A stretch of 64,000 bases of DNA from Nostoc sp. (GCF_036917935.1 NZ_JBALEL010000022.1:111460-175459), one strand, 5' to 3'. Numbered from the stretch's first letter, positions 8,450-22,093 are shown. Notes: generated from the sequence alone by a model not told the origin. Translations and numbers: made by a program.

Positions 8450-9457
8450 GTGGTGGGAATACGCTACGATTGGCAGGAATTAGAGATTCAGGCGATATAC
8501 AACACGCCTTTGCTAGAGCTTATTTATCAAGCTGCTAGCGTGCATCGCCAATATCATGACCCAACAAAAATCCAAGTTTGTAAGCTTATATCGATTAAAA
8601 CGGGAGGTTGTCCAGAAGATTGTAGCTACTGCGCTCAATCTTCCCGCTATAAAACAGAGGTAAAGGCGCAAGCACTCCTAGAAAAGGAAACGGTAGTTAA
8701 CATCGCCCAGAAAGCTAAAGAAACTGGTGTTAGTCGCATCTGCATGGGTGCTGCTTGGCGCGAAGTGCGGGATAACTCACAATTTGAGGAAGTCCTGGAA
8801 ATGGTTAAGGATGTAACCGCAATGGGTTTAGAAGTGTGCTGCACTCTGGGTATGTTGACGGCAAATCAAGCTAGGAAATTGGCAGAAGCGGGACTTTATG
8901 CCTACAACCATAACTTAGATACCTCGCAAGAATATTACAGCACAATTATTACCACAAGGACATATAGCGATCGCTTGAACACAATTGAGAATGTGCGTGA
9001 GACAAATGTTACTGTCTGTTCCGGCGGTATTCTGGGTTTGGGTGAAACTGTTGATGACCGTGTTGGGATGTTACAAACTCTGGCAAACTTACATCCACAT
9101 CCAGAGTCTGTACCGATTAATATTCTTTCACAAGTACCGGGCACACCCTTAGAAAATCAGCCTGATGTCCCCATTTGGGATATTGTGCGGATGATTGCCA
9201 CAGCCAGGATTTTAATGCCAGCTGCCGATGTGCGTCTTAGTGCCGGTAGGGCGAGACTTTCTCAAGTTGAGCAAGCTTTCTGCTTTATGGCAGGAGCCAA
9301 TTCTATCTTTTCCAGCGACGACAACAAGATGTTGACGGTGACAACTCCCTGTCCAGATTACGATACTGACCGAGAAATGCTGAATTTACTTGGTTTAGGA
9401 ATGCGTCCGCCTTCCCAAAGACACCAGAAGGTAGCAAGTCCGGCTGTTGTCGGATAA
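8450..9457 (+). CDS. bioB: Biotin synthase (radical SAM)
   Basis: CPEDCSYC (CxxxCxxC), [14 protein letters not shown] and GANSIF motifs. Likely start is GTG at 8450 after AAGAAGGA, not 8330. Confidence 0.95.
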   Translation: MVGIRYDWQELEIQAIYNTPLLELIYQAASVHRQYHDPTKIQVCKLISIKTGGCPEDCSYCAQSSRYKTEVKAQALLEKETVVNIAQKAKETGVSRICMGAAWREVRDNSQFEEVLEMVKDVTAMGLEVCCTLGMLTANQARKLAEAGLYAYNHNLDTSQEYYSTIITTRTYSDRLNTIENVRETNVTVCSGGILGLGETVDDRVGMLQTLANLHPHPESVPINILSQVPGTPLENQPDVPIWDIVRMIATARILMPAADVRLSAGRARLSQVEQAFCFMAGANSIFSSDDNKMLTVTTPCPDYDTDREMLNLLGLGMRPPSQRHQKVASPAVVG

Positions 9458-9465
9458 ATATCTGA

Positions 9466-9496
9466 TTGTGGGATAGCCAAAAGGCCCATCCCACAA
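9466..9496. terminator. Hairpin between convergent bioB and the methyltransferase
   Basis: TTGTGGGAT...ATCCCACAA inverted repeat. Confidence 0.5.
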
Positions 9497-9527
9497 TAAA
9501 TAATTGGATCTTTTTTACTTGAATTCC

Positions 9528-10709
9528 CTAAGTAGGTGTCAATAAAATTAACTGCTGTTGCAGGAGGGTTCTTACCCCATCTAATCCCAGTTCTACACTT
9601 GCCAAAATCTCTGTAACGGTGGAATTACTATCACATCTTTGCATAAACTCAAACTCTGCTACAGACAAATTTACAATTTGGTAATCGTAATTAAAGAAAC
9701 ATTGACTGGGAAATCCCTCAATACAAGGATTAAGTTCGGGAATTGCTGCCAGTAGAGCGTTATCGTCTGACCAGTCAGCTTTGATTAAGGGAGGACGACC
9801 GAGGAAAAACTCGTAATGAGTTACTTCTGGGTCTAATAATTCTATCAGGCGGTAAAGCTGGCGATCGCTCAAATCTTTTGCTCGTTCTACTAACTCTGGT
9901 GCTTTACCCAAAAGTCTCTCTAAATCCCAGAAACTCGGATTCGAGAAACCAATAAACTCCAATCCCGAAGCATCTATTAATTCAAACAGCGTCTCAATGT
10001 TGTAGTCAATTTCTTGAGGATGAACGTACATATCAGCAAAGTATTCATCCTTGTTGTTTTCTAGCGACCAACGTTGTTTATCGTATTTGACAATTCGGTT
10101 ATTTTCTGGTAGGGAAGCGAAGATTTGTCGCCCGACTTGGACACCATCGCGGTAGTCGCCTTTTTTGTCACCTTGAATAAGTGCGATCGCTTTTTGCATG
10201 AGTTGAATTTCCCAGCGCCCCAACTCCCCATACACAAAAATGTGCATTAAGCCGCCTGGGGTTAACTTCTTCGCCAGAGCTTGAATACCGCGAATGGGAT
10301 CGGGTGTATGGTGCAAAACGCCAACACAGTTAATTAAATCAAACTCACCCGGTAACTGTTCCACATCAAACAAGCTGAGGTGATGAAATTCCACGCGGGT
10401 AGCGCCTGAACGCTGACAACGTTCTTTGGCTACAGCTAAAGCGCCACTACTGAGGTCAATTCCCACAACCGAAGCTTGAGGATTGAGGTGAACCAAGTAC
10501 TCTGTACTCACACCAGTACCGCAACCTGCATCTAAAATCCGAATATCTTGCTTTTGGGGTTTTTGACCTGTGCAGAAGTTATGAGCGGCTAGCCAATTCC
10601 AGCGCCAGTTATAGCCTGGGGGTGGTTCATCTAACAGGGCTTCTGGCGGAAAGGGGTAGGTATTGTAGAGTTTGGCAACAGCAGCACTAACAGTTTGGGA
10701 GTCGGACAT
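9528..10709 (-). CDS. Class I SAM-dependent methyltransferase (conserved cyanobacterial type)
   Basis: ILDAGCGTG motif I, VVGIDLS, FDLINCVGVLHH. Confidence 0.9.
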   Translation of the reverse strand: MSDSQTVSAAVAKLYNTYPFPPEALLDEPPPGYNWRWNWLAAHNFCTGQKPQKQDIRILDAGCGTGVSTEYLVHLNPQASVVGIDLSSGALAVAKERCQRSGATRVEFHHLSLFDVEQLPGEFDLINCVGVLHHTPDPIRGIQALAKKLTPGGLMHIFVYGELGRWEIQLMQKAIALIQGDKKGDYRDGVQVGRQIFASLPENNRIVKYDKQRWSLENNKDEYFADMYVHPQEIDYNIETLFELIDASGLEFIGFSNPSFWDLERLLGKAPELVERAKDLSDRQLYRLIELLDPEVTHYEFFLGRPPLIKADWSDDNALLAAIPELNPCIEGFPSQCFFNYDYQIVNLSVAEFEFMQRCDSNSTVTEILASVELGLDGVRTLLQQQLILLTPT

Positions 10710-10791
10710 GATCAGGAATAACGCAGCATTTCTGAGTTTAGCGGATAGTGGATGATTAGGGCAAAGATTACTATTGCTTATTTCCTACTAT

Positions 10792-11121
10792 TTATCCAAC
10801 AGCAAAGTCAGTAAATTGGCGTTTATAAGGAGCGTGAAATCCTAATACAATATCTTCTTTAGGTACTCCAGCAGCGATTAATTCATTAGCAATGCCGATT
10901 TCTGTACCATCTCTTTGTATCCAAATTTTTTTCTCTTTAATATCAACATGAATTATAACTCCGTAAATTCTCCGTTGTTCTTTCCAGCCAATATTTAAGA
11001 CTTGATAATGATGGCGTTCTGCATCAAATAACAATTGAACCTCTGTGCCATTAGCCACATCATTAGCTGAATGATTACTTAAAATATCTGGAATAATTTG
11101 AGAGTAATTTATTCCTTCCAT
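10792..11121 (-). CDS. xisI: XisI family protein (element excision factor)
   Basis: HYQVLNIGW, IIHVDIKEKKIWIQRDGTE and GVPKEDIVLGF are XisI hallmarks. Confidence 0.92.
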   Translation of the reverse strand: MEGINYSQIIPDILSNHSANDVANGTEVQLLFDAERHHYQVLNIGWKEQRRIYGVIIHVDIKEKKIWIQRDGTEIGIANELIAAGVPKEDIVLGFHAPYKRQFTDFAVG

Positions 11122-11177
11122 AAAACAATGTCCTGACTTAAGGAATTAAATATTAAAAGTTTAATTTGATATTCTTT
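11109..11177 (-). pseudogene. xisH: XisH C-terminal remnant (22 aa) cut off by a MITE
   Basis: KEYQIKLLIFNSLSQDIVLWKE* overlaps the xisI start, as xisH normally does. The frame runs into the MITE terminal repeat at 11179. Confidence 0.7.
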
Positions 11178-11178
11178 T

Positions 11179-11415
11179 AGAGGATGTTTGAAAAGTCCTC
11201 TTGTCGGTATCAAAAGTTTTAGATCCCCCTAAATCCCCCGATAAATTGGGGGACTTTGATTCCGGTTCCCCCCTTTTTAAGGGGAGCCAGCGCGGTCTTC
11301 TCCCAAGGGGAGACGCTAAAAGCGATGGGGGTTTCCCCCATGAGCGACTGGCGTGGGTTAGGGGGGATCTAAAAGTGCCTAAAATCACAGTGAAATACTT
11401 ATTCATTTAACCTCT
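11179..11415. mobile_element. Second copy of the AGAGGATGTTTGAAAAGT MITE with a 70-bp nested insertion
   Basis: Left terminal repeat intact, right one degenerate (ACTTATTCATTTAACCTCT). Body matches 5742-5907 except for the insert at 11285-11354. Confidence 0.8.
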
Positions 11416-11419
11416 TAAA

Positions 11420-11887
11420 GGCCCCATAGTTAAACTCACGCAAGACTTTGTGACGATTCACCAATTTACACCGCCTATATTGGAAGTAACTGGTGTTACC
11501 CCAATGGGTGGGGCGATTGAGTATGCTTTGGATTTTCTAGAAAACCGGAAACAGACTTATAAAGATAACGGTATTCTCTATTATCGCCCTTGGGTGTTTT
11601 TGATTACAGATGGAACGCCAACTGACTCCTGGGATTCAGCCGCGCAAAGATTGAGACAAGCAGAAGCACAAAGCCGACTGTCATTTTTTGCGGTTGGTGT
11701 AAAGGATGCTGATATGAATATACTCAAACAAATTTCTCCTCCTGAACGTCCACCAATTATGCTAAATGGCTTGGATTTTCGTGAGTTGTTTGTCTGGCTT
11801 TCTGCTTCGATGAAACGGGTTTCTAGCGGCAAAGTAGGACAGGCTGTAGCTTTACCGGCTGTGGGATGGGGTCAAATTACTACTTAG
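11420..11887 (+). pseudogene. vWA domain protein (TerY/YegL-like), 5'-truncated
   Basis: TPMGGAI and YYRPWVFLITDG motifs present. The N-terminal DxSxS MIDAS segment is absent, and the frame begins right after the MITE. Confidence 0.75.
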
Positions 11888-11897
11888 GGGAAATTTT

Positions 11898-12572
11898 GTG
11901 AGTTGGAAAGCTGTTGCGGATTCTGCGATCGGAACAAGTCATCAAAAGCAGGAGATACTTTGTCAAGATTATGTGGATTATCGCATCTTTGATGATGTCA
12001 TTGTAGGCGCGGTTGCTGATGGTACTGGTAGCGCAAAACATTCTGATGTTGGTTCTAAGTTGGCGGTAGAAACGGTACTTAAATGCTTTTCTGAAATTAA
12101 TGAATTTCCTCAAAATAAAGCTTTTTCTCAACCACTTTCCAAAGAAGAAGCAGAGGAAGTGTTTGTTAAGATTGTGAACCAAGTTATTAAAGAATTACAG
12201 AAGCAAGCAGAAGAAGGAGATTATTCTGTCAATGATTTAGCTTGTACGTTATTAGTTTTCGTGGCTACTCCTGACTGGGTTGCAGCTATGCAAATCGGGG
12301 ATGGATTTATTGTGCTGCGTTCCCAAGAGTCAGAATATAAACTGTTGTTTCAGCCCGATAAAGGTGAGTTTGTCAATGAAACAACTTTTATCACCTCAAC
12401 AAATGCAGTAAAAGATATGCAGGTAAAGGTTATTTCCGAAAAACAAGAGTTTATTTGTGCTTCCACTGATGGACTAGAAAAAGTAGCAATTCGTTTGAGC
12501 GACTGGAAACCTTTCTTACCTTTCTTTAAACCTTTGGAGGAATACTTGCACGAACCTGTTAATCCAGACTAA
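11898..12572 (+). pseudogene. PP2C-family phosphatase (YegK-like), 3'-truncated
   Basis: SAIGTSH, CQD, AVADGTGS, QIGDG and STDGL motifs present. Ends EPVNPD* without the terminal DD(K)T metal-binding motif. Confidence 0.75.
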
Positions 12573-12698
12573 ACCTTGGCAGTCTGGTAAACCTAGTAAT
12601 GTTGCTTTAATTGTGCCGTCTGGTTGGTTTTCAATTAAGACATCATAATTTAACTTGGGTGTAGTATTTTTAGTATAATTTTTTACAGCTAAATTCAT
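12570..12698 (-). pseudogene. HicB-like antitoxin N-terminal fragment
   Basis: LNYDVLIENQPDGTIKATLLGLPDCQGL is a HicB-type start. After it, the ORF reads into antisense PP2C sequence. Confidence 0.6.
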
Positions 12699-12982
12699 AA
12701 TATTTTTAACCTTGAAGTTTTATATTGATTATAACTGCTGACCTAGAACAAGTTCATAGTCAGGATTTTAGTACTGAATTTTTAAATATTGTTCGCGCAG
12801 CGTTCCCGCAGGGTAGTGCTTACTAAAAACCTTTAATTATTTATACTGGCTTGGTTAATTTGTGGTTTGATTTTTATCATATTGTCTTTTGCGATCGCAC
12901 CAATGATTTACAATCAATCAGAGTTTAATTGACGCTGTGGGTGTGGTCTACAAGGATTTGCTCAATTCTGGAAAATCCCTAA

Positions 12983-13513
12983 TTAAACGTCGCACTGATT
13001 GGTTTGGCAATATTTGGCATTATCTATAAACTCTTGCAACTTATTTAAGGGAATCATCTGCAATGATGAGCCACCTTGTACCTCAGCAGCGATGTAAGCA
13101 AGCTTTTGTCCACGATAAAATTGGTCACGTCCAACTTTGGTGATATATCGGGACTTCTGAAAGTCATTGGCAATATTAGAATTATAAATATTTTGTAACA
13201 GTTTTACTGAATTGGCATTTTTTGTGGTGAATTTGAGGCGTTTATCACCACTAACGGTTATGCCTTCTTTAGTTACTGTCCCATTTTGAGAAGTGACATC
13301 AGCATAAAAGTATAAATTTCCCTTTGTACCCTCGTAGCCGTGGGCTTCGCTGTTGTATCTCAGAGTTGGTAATTGGGATCTAGTCTTTGCCCACTTGACA
13401 ACAGTGTTGATATTTTGTTCTGGAAGCGCATTTGCAGGAGTGACAGCCAAAATAACTGCGATCGCAGATAGGGTAGCATGGAATAAATAGTTAAATTTAC
13501 AACTTTTGTGCAT
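12983..13513 (-). CDS. Hypothetical secreted protein
   Basis: 176-aa ORF with a signal-peptide-like segment (ILAVTPANA-LP) and normal codon usage. Confidence 0.7.
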   Translation of the reverse strand: MHKSCKFNYLFHATLSAIAVILAVTPANALPEQNINTVVKWAKTRSQLPTLRYNSEAHGYEGTKGNLYFYADVTSQNGTVTKEGITVSGDKRLKFTTKNANSVKLLQNIYNSNIANDFQKSRYITKVGRDQFYRGQKLAYIAAEVQGGSSLQMIPLNKLQEFIDNAKYCQTNQCDV

Positions 13514-13998
13514 AGTATTTCCCCTGTATATAAATACTGACTATTTGCAGATTAAACCACCACAAATTAAGAATTGCTTCCCGTGCGGTATTCAGTTGCG
13601 AATATGAGTTCTTTAGTAGCAAAAACAACTTAACATCGACTAATAACCACTGTCCAGTGACTAAGTACAACATTTAATTAATTAGTAGTAAATTCTCTGC
13701 GTGTCTCTGCGCCCCTATACGTTTAAATAAAAAACAAATCAGTAGACAGTTCCCAACCTACTACTTGGTTACAAAACTTAGACTTCATCTCAGACAAACT
13801 GGAGTATGCACTTTTAATACTGGAGACATTTAAGATACAGGTTCTACACACTTCTTAATAAACCCGCCTTGAGAACGCAAAACGTTCTAATCTAAAAGCT
13901 AACTGGGTTAATTTACTGGCAGTTTTGCAGGCAATACTCTCAAGATCAGAAAGCATAGACACACCGATGTGTCAAGCCTCAAAACGATCCAGACTTAA

Positions 13999-17340
<3,342 letters not shown>

Positions 17341-17351
17341 GGAGTAGGGGG

Positions 17352-17375
17352 TAGGGAATAGGGAATAGGGAATAG
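17352..17375. repeat. STRR heptamer tandem repeat (TAGGGAA)3
   Basis: Direct reading. Confidence 0.85.
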
Positions 17376-17725
17376 ATTATTTCTAGTCTCCAGTCCCCTG
17401 TAACCCTTCCCCCGTAACCTTCGTAACCTTTCGTAATACCGCTCTCAGATTGCAGTTTGAACAGCAAATTCTGAAAAGCAATATTACAAAGTATTAAGAG
17501 CAGTCATAAATGCTCAACAGAATGCCGGAAAATGTTTTGCGGAAGGTAACTGAGTTTAAAAGCTTGTGTACTTATGTTGACTCAAGCAAACTCGTAATTT
17601 ATTAGCCGTAGCAGTTATAAAACTGTTGTGTTTAAAAGAACGAGAAAATAAACTCAGTAAACCAAATTTAAAGTCGCACCAGTTTAATCAAATCCTGGTT
17701 TCATTCGTATTGGAGGAATCCATTA

Positions 17726-18214
17726 ATGAGTATTGTCACGAAAGCTATCGTGAATGCTGATGCAGAAGCCCGCTATCTCAGCCCTGGTGAGTTAGATCGG
17801 ATCAAGTCATTTGTTGCAAGTGGTGAGCGCCGTGTGCGGATTGCTCAAATTTTGTCAGAAAATCGCGAACGGCTTGTTAAGCAAGCTGGCGATCAACTGT
17901 TCCAAAAGCGTCCTGATGTTGTGTCTCCTGGTGGAAACGCTTACGGTCAAGAATTGACTGCTACTTGTCTGCGTGACCTAGATTACTACCTCCGCCTCGT
18001 TACCTACGGTATCGTTGCTGGTGATGTTACCCCCATCGAAGAAATTGGTGTTATCGGTGCCCGTGAACTGTACAAGTCCTTGGGAACTCCTATCGATGGT
18101 GTCGCTGAAGGTATCCGTGGGCTGAAGAATGTAGCTGGTACATTGCTGTCTGGTGATGATGCTAGTGAAGCTGGTAGCTACTTCGACTACCTAGTTGGCG
18201 CTCTTCTAGGATAG
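17726..18214 (+). CDS. apcA: Allophycocyanin alpha subunit
   Basis: [27 protein letters not shown]; TATCLRD. Confidence 0.98.
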   Translation: MSIVTKAIVNADAEARYLSPGELDRIKSFVASGERRVRIAQILSENRERLVKQAGDQLFQKRPDVVSPGGNAYGQELTATCLRDLDYYLRLVTYGIVAGDVTPIEEIGVIGARELYKSLGTPIDGVAEGIRGLKNVAGTLLSGDDASEAGSYFDYLVGALLG

Positions 18215-18279
18215 GTTAAAGCTGTTTACCTACTGAAACAGAAGTATTGCAATACGGTTGGAAATAAGGAATTAACAAC

Positions 18280-18768
18280 ATGGCTCAAGACGCAATTACC
18301 GCTGTCATTAACTCCGCAGACGTTCAAGGTAAATACCTAGACTCTTCGGCTTTAGAAAAGCTAAAAGGCTACTTCGCCACTGGCGAACTACGGGTACGTG
18401 CTGCTAGCACCATCAGCGCTAACGCTGCTGCGATCGTCAAAGAAGCTGTAGCAAAATCTTTGCTGTACTCGGACATCACCCGTCCAGGCGGCAACATGTA
18501 CACCACCCGCCGCTATGCTGCTTGCATCCGCGATTTGGACTACTACCTCCGCTATGCCACCTACGCTATGTTAGCTGGCGATCCTTCCATTTTGGATGAG
18601 CGTGTATTGAATGGCTTGAAAGAAACCTATAACTCCTTAGGTGTTCCCGTCGGTGCTACCGTGCAAGCTATCCAAGCAATCAAGGAAGTAACCGCCAGTT
18701 TGGTAGGTTCTGACGCCGGCAAGGAAATGGGCGTTTACTTAGACTATATCTCCTCTGGCTTAAGCTAA
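18280..18768 (+). CDS. apcB: Allophycocyanin beta subunit
   Basis: [21 protein letters not shown]; RRYAACIRD. Confidence 0.98.
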   Translation: MAQDAITAVINSADVQGKYLDSSALEKLKGYFATGELRVRAASTISANAAAIVKEAVAKSLLYSDITRPGGNMYTTRRYAACIRDLDYYLRYATYAMLAGDPSILDERVLNGLKETYNSLGVPVGATVQAIQAIKEVTASLVGSDAGKEMGVYLDYISSGLS

Positions 18769-18990
18769 GAACTAGTTTGCGCTTAAAAATTTAGGTGCGA
18801 CTTTATTAAGGTCTGGAAATCAATCGTGAGTGCTAGAACGTTTTATTGCTTATCTTGGTAAATTATCAGTGATGAGTGTTGGTGGTCTAGTATTGATGTT
18901 TGATTTCCAGCCTTTGAATGATTAAAAGATTTGCACTAAAGATTTTGAGATAAAAAAGTTTTCACAAAGTATACAGGAGATTTTCCAAAT

Positions 18991-19197
18991 ATGTCCCGTT
19001 TGTTTAAAATTACTGCTCTAGTTCCTAGTCAAACCCGAATTCGTACCCAACGCGAACTGCAAAATACTTACTTCACGAAGCTAGTTCCTTATGAGAACTG
19101 GTTCCGCGAACAGCAACGCATTCAAAAAGCAGGCGGCAAAATCATCAAGGTGCAACTGGTAACTGGTAAGCAAGGTACTAATACTGGCTTGTTGTAA
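18991..19197 (+). CDS. apcC: Phycobilisome core small linker (LC 7.8)
   Basis: MSRLFKITALVPSQTRIRTQRELQNTYFTKLVPYENWFREQQRIQKAGGKI. Confidence 0.98.
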   Translation: MSRLFKITALVPSQTRIRTQRELQNTYFTKLVPYENWFREQQRIQKAGGKIIKVQLVTGKQGTNTGLL

Positions 19198-19231
19198 TTC
19201 TGTAAATAGAACATTATTTTAGGGAATTGCT

Positions 19232-19257
19232 AAGAGGTCGAGAAAGACCTCTTTTTT
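19232..19257 (+). terminator. Rho-independent terminator of apcABC
   Basis: AAGAGGTC-GAGAAA-GACCTCTT followed by a T run. Confidence 0.75.
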
Positions 19258-19315
19258 GTTGAGAATTGATACTACAAAAAATATGTTAATTAAGTCATAT
19301 AGAAACCAGGTACTC

Positions 19316-19819
19316 TTAATAAAGCTTGTTAACCTTCTTAAAGTACTTCTTCCACTCAGCATCTAGGGCAGCTTCGTACTGAAAACCTAGTTCTTGTCCA
19401 CTTCCGTACCTAACAAGATTGACCCCCTGCATACTTGATAATTTTAGTAGATGGCTATCTTCTAAAGGACTATCAAGACTCACAACCTCATCGAGCCTTA
19501 TTAATACAGTAGGGCAGTTTCCAAAGAAATGTTGAGTATAAGCATCAGAGTATTTAGAGTATTTAGGATATTCAGGAAGTTGATTCAAGCGTTGAGCATC
19601 TTTAGCCTCGATTACTTCTCCTACCGCAATGAAACCACGTTTCCCCTGTCCAGTTTTTTTCAAGTAGGCTTTATCTTCAACCTTAATTGACTTTACCTGA
19701 CCTGCACTCCAGGTGATCTGATACTCCCGTTTATTTTTGATGTAATCAAGTGCTTCTTCAATATAGCTAGGAATATTAACATCAATATCTGGATTTGCTA
19801 AGAAAATACGTGTTGGCAT
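19316..19819 (-). CDS. Hypothetical protein, stand-alone EVE/PUA-like domain (tentative)
   Basis: ITWSAGQVKSIKVEDKAYLKKTGQGKRGFIAVGEV resembles the W-S-x-G...I..GD..FL...G....G...G.V pattern N-terminal to many HNH nucleases. AT-rich. Confidence 0.5.
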   Translation of the reverse strand: MPTRIFLANPDIDVNIPSYIEEALDYIKNKREYQITWSAGQVKSIKVEDKAYLKKTGQGKRGFIAVGEVIEAKDAQRLNQLPEYPKYSKYSDAYTQHFFGNCPTVLIRLDEVVSLDSPLEDSHLLKLSSMQGVNLVRYGSGQELGFQYEAALDAEWKKYFKKVNKLY

Positions 19820-20056
19820 GATTGTGCTGCACCTAAATTAGTACAAGGGTTATCAATTTCTATGAAAAGTATATAACTAGCTTTCATAACACATATATCT
19901 TTTGTATACTTCCGTATATGTACCCTGTTTCAGGTAAATATCCAGAATTTATCAAGATGTTATTTCATTTCGGGTAACAGATAGAAAACTTCTATTTCAG
20001 AAAATTAGACTATCGCAAAGTTTATGAATCAAGGTCTATGGGTGATAAAAATTAAA

Positions 20057-20088
20057 AAAGAGGTCTGGTATTAGACCTCTTTGTTTTT
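20057..20088. terminator. Hairpin with A/T tails downstream of the ORF at 20109-20618
   Basis: AAAGAGGTCT-GGTATT-AGACCTCTTT; same stem as the apcC terminator. Confidence 0.6.
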
Positions 20089-20108
20089 GTTGCTCGTCTT
20101 TCTGAAAG

Positions 20109-20618
20109 TTAAGAGTTGAAGATTTCTACAAGGCGATATCCGCGAGTGTATAGCGGAACTGGAGCGCCAGAATTTTGTTTTTTCCTTGCTTGTTCAGAAG
20201 TTTCATCAAATACAATTAGTGTTTCCTTACCAACCTTTAACCAGTCTTCGTAAGGCACACTCATATCTTCTTCAACACCACCAATACTAGGTGCTACCAT
20301 TGCTCGATAATCTTCATTAAATTTTCTGCGAAACCGGAAATCTACTGAAATTCTTAGACCTTCAGTTTTCCTTCTTACTGTTTGGTGCAATCCACGGGCA
20401 TCATTAAAGTACATTGTGCCGTGTTGTAGTTGTGCTTCTGTATAGGAGACAACCATTGGAACATCCCGGCCTTCAGCAAAGTCTGACATCACCCGCATCG
20501 CCTCTAGTTCCATCTCGCGGGGCATCTCACCTGCTTCAATAGTTATATTATCGATGTCACCAAAAGGAACTGAGTTCTGGATTGAAATTCCCTTATCTAT
20601 GGATAAACAATTAGTCAA
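20109..20618 (-). pseudogene. Probable C-terminal fragment of a 2OG-Fe(II)/PhyH-type oxygenase
   Basis: GTMYFNDARGLHQT...RISVDFRF matches the distal His and R-x-S-x-D-F-R end of the double-stranded beta-helix fold. No HxD motif is present upstream. Confidence 0.4.
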
Positions 20619-20890
20619 TTACGTTAAATCATTAAGTTTAATTAAATAAATACTTTAAGTCAATTTTCGAGCGATCGCTCTTAACTATAACAATTCTAAA
20701 TTTTGAGTATAAAATACTACTTTTACATTGCGTGAGAGCGATCGCAAATTGTCAGAAATATTGAATTAGTGGTGTATTGAAGTTGAAAACCCTAAGATTT
20801 ATGGTTGTAAAGTCCACTTATGAGTTATAAGTTATGATTTATGAGTTTTATTTCTAACTCCTAATTTCTAACTTTTTACCTGTACTGATC

Positions 20891-22093
20891 GTGAATCTAC
20901 GCCGCCTGATTCCAATTTTTGATAGTTCAGTTTCCAACTGGGCATTAGAAGCGCGGTTGTTGCGCTGGTTAACGTTGATTTGGCTGTTCGTCGGCTTGAT
21001 AATGCTATTTTCAGCATCATACGCCGTCGCTGACGCCCGTCAGAATGATGGGTTGTACTACTTTAAACGTCAACTGCTTTGGGTCTTAGTTTCCTTAATC
21101 GGATTCAATATTATTGTTAATTTGCCGTTGCAGAAAATTTTGGGACTATCCCATTGGTTTTTGTTGCTGTTTTTGGGGTTAATTTTCGTCACACTGATCC
21201 CAGGATTAGGAAGAAAGGCTTTTGATGCAGCGCGTTGGATTGCGATCGGGCCAATTCCGATTCAACCTTCAGAATTAATTAAACCCTTTTTAGTGCTGCA
21301 AAGTGCGCGGCTTTTTGGTCAGTGGGAACGAATCAGTTGGCGGGTTCGCTTGGCTTGGTTGGGTATTTTCGGTCTGGTACTTTTAGGAATTCTTGCCCAG
21401 CCTAACTTGAGTACAACAGCACTTTGCGGTATGACTATTTGGCTAATTGCTCTAGCAGCTGGCTTACCTTACAAATATCTGGGAGGAACAGCAATTGGTG
21501 GAGTGATGTTGGCAGTACTCAGTATTAGCATTAAAGAGTATCAGCGTAAGCGGGTAATGTCATTCCTCAATCCTTGGGCGGATGCTACAGGAGATGGGTA
21601 TCAGTTGGTGCAAAGTCTACTAGCTGTGGGTTCTGGTAGAACTTGGGGTTCTGGATATGGGCTTTCTCAACAAAAGTTGTTTTATTTACCAATTCAGGAT
21701 ACCGATTTTATTTTTGCGGTGTTCGCTGAAGAGTTTGGCTTTGTTGGCAGTATGGTGTTGTTAGCACTTTTAGCTACATTTGCTACTCTCGGATTAATTG
21801 TGGCGCTGAAGGCTAAAAATACAGTATATCGATTGGTAGCGATCGGTGTAACGATTTTGATGGTAGGACAATCATTGCTCCACATTGGTGTTGCTACAGG
21901 TTCTCTACCGACTACTGGCTTACCTTTGCCTATGTTTAGTTATGGTGGTAATTCGATGATTGCCAGCTTAATAGCTGCTGGGTTGTTGATTCGGGTAGCA
22001 CGTGAGAGTAGTGAAGCTGACGTAGTACCGTTGCGAAAACCCCTGTTTGAGAATGGGCAAAGACGCAGAGCTTTTGAAAAAAATAGGAATTGA
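20891..22093 (+). CDS. ftsW: Cell division peptidoglycan polymerase FtsW (SEDS family)
   Basis: ARWIAIGPIPIQPSELIK, QPNLST, GYQLVQS, TDFIFAV and GLPLPMFSYGG motifs. Confidence 0.93.
   Translation: MNLRRLIPIFDSSVSNWALEARLLRWLTLIWLFVGLIMLFSASYAVADARQNDGLYYFKRQLLWVLVSLIGFNIIVNLPLQKILGLSHWFLLLFLGLIFVTLIPGLGRKAFDAARWIAIGPIPIQPSELIKPFLVLQSARLFGQWERISWRVRLAWLGIFGLVLLGILAQPNLSTTALCGMTIWLIALAAGLPYKYLGGTAIGGVMLAVLSISIKEYQRKRVMSFLNPWADATGDGYQLVQSLLAVGSGRTWGSGYGLSQQKLFYLPIQDTDFIFAVFAEEFGFVGSMVLLALLATFATLGLIVALKAKNTVYRLVAIGVTILMVGQSLLHIGVATGSLPTTGLPLPMFSYGGNSMIASLIAAGLLIRVARESSEADVVPLRKPLFENGQRRRAFEKNRN

Noticed and set aside
10792-11121. xisI as evidence of a heterocyst excision element (fdxN-type)
   Set aside because: No recombinase gene or interrupted nif/hup gene is present; xisH/xisI pairs are commonly dispersed in Nostoc genomes.
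11161-11410. ORFs 11161-11406 (-) and 11201-11410 (+)
   Set aside because: Both lie entirely within the MITE and its nested repeats; no transposase motifs.
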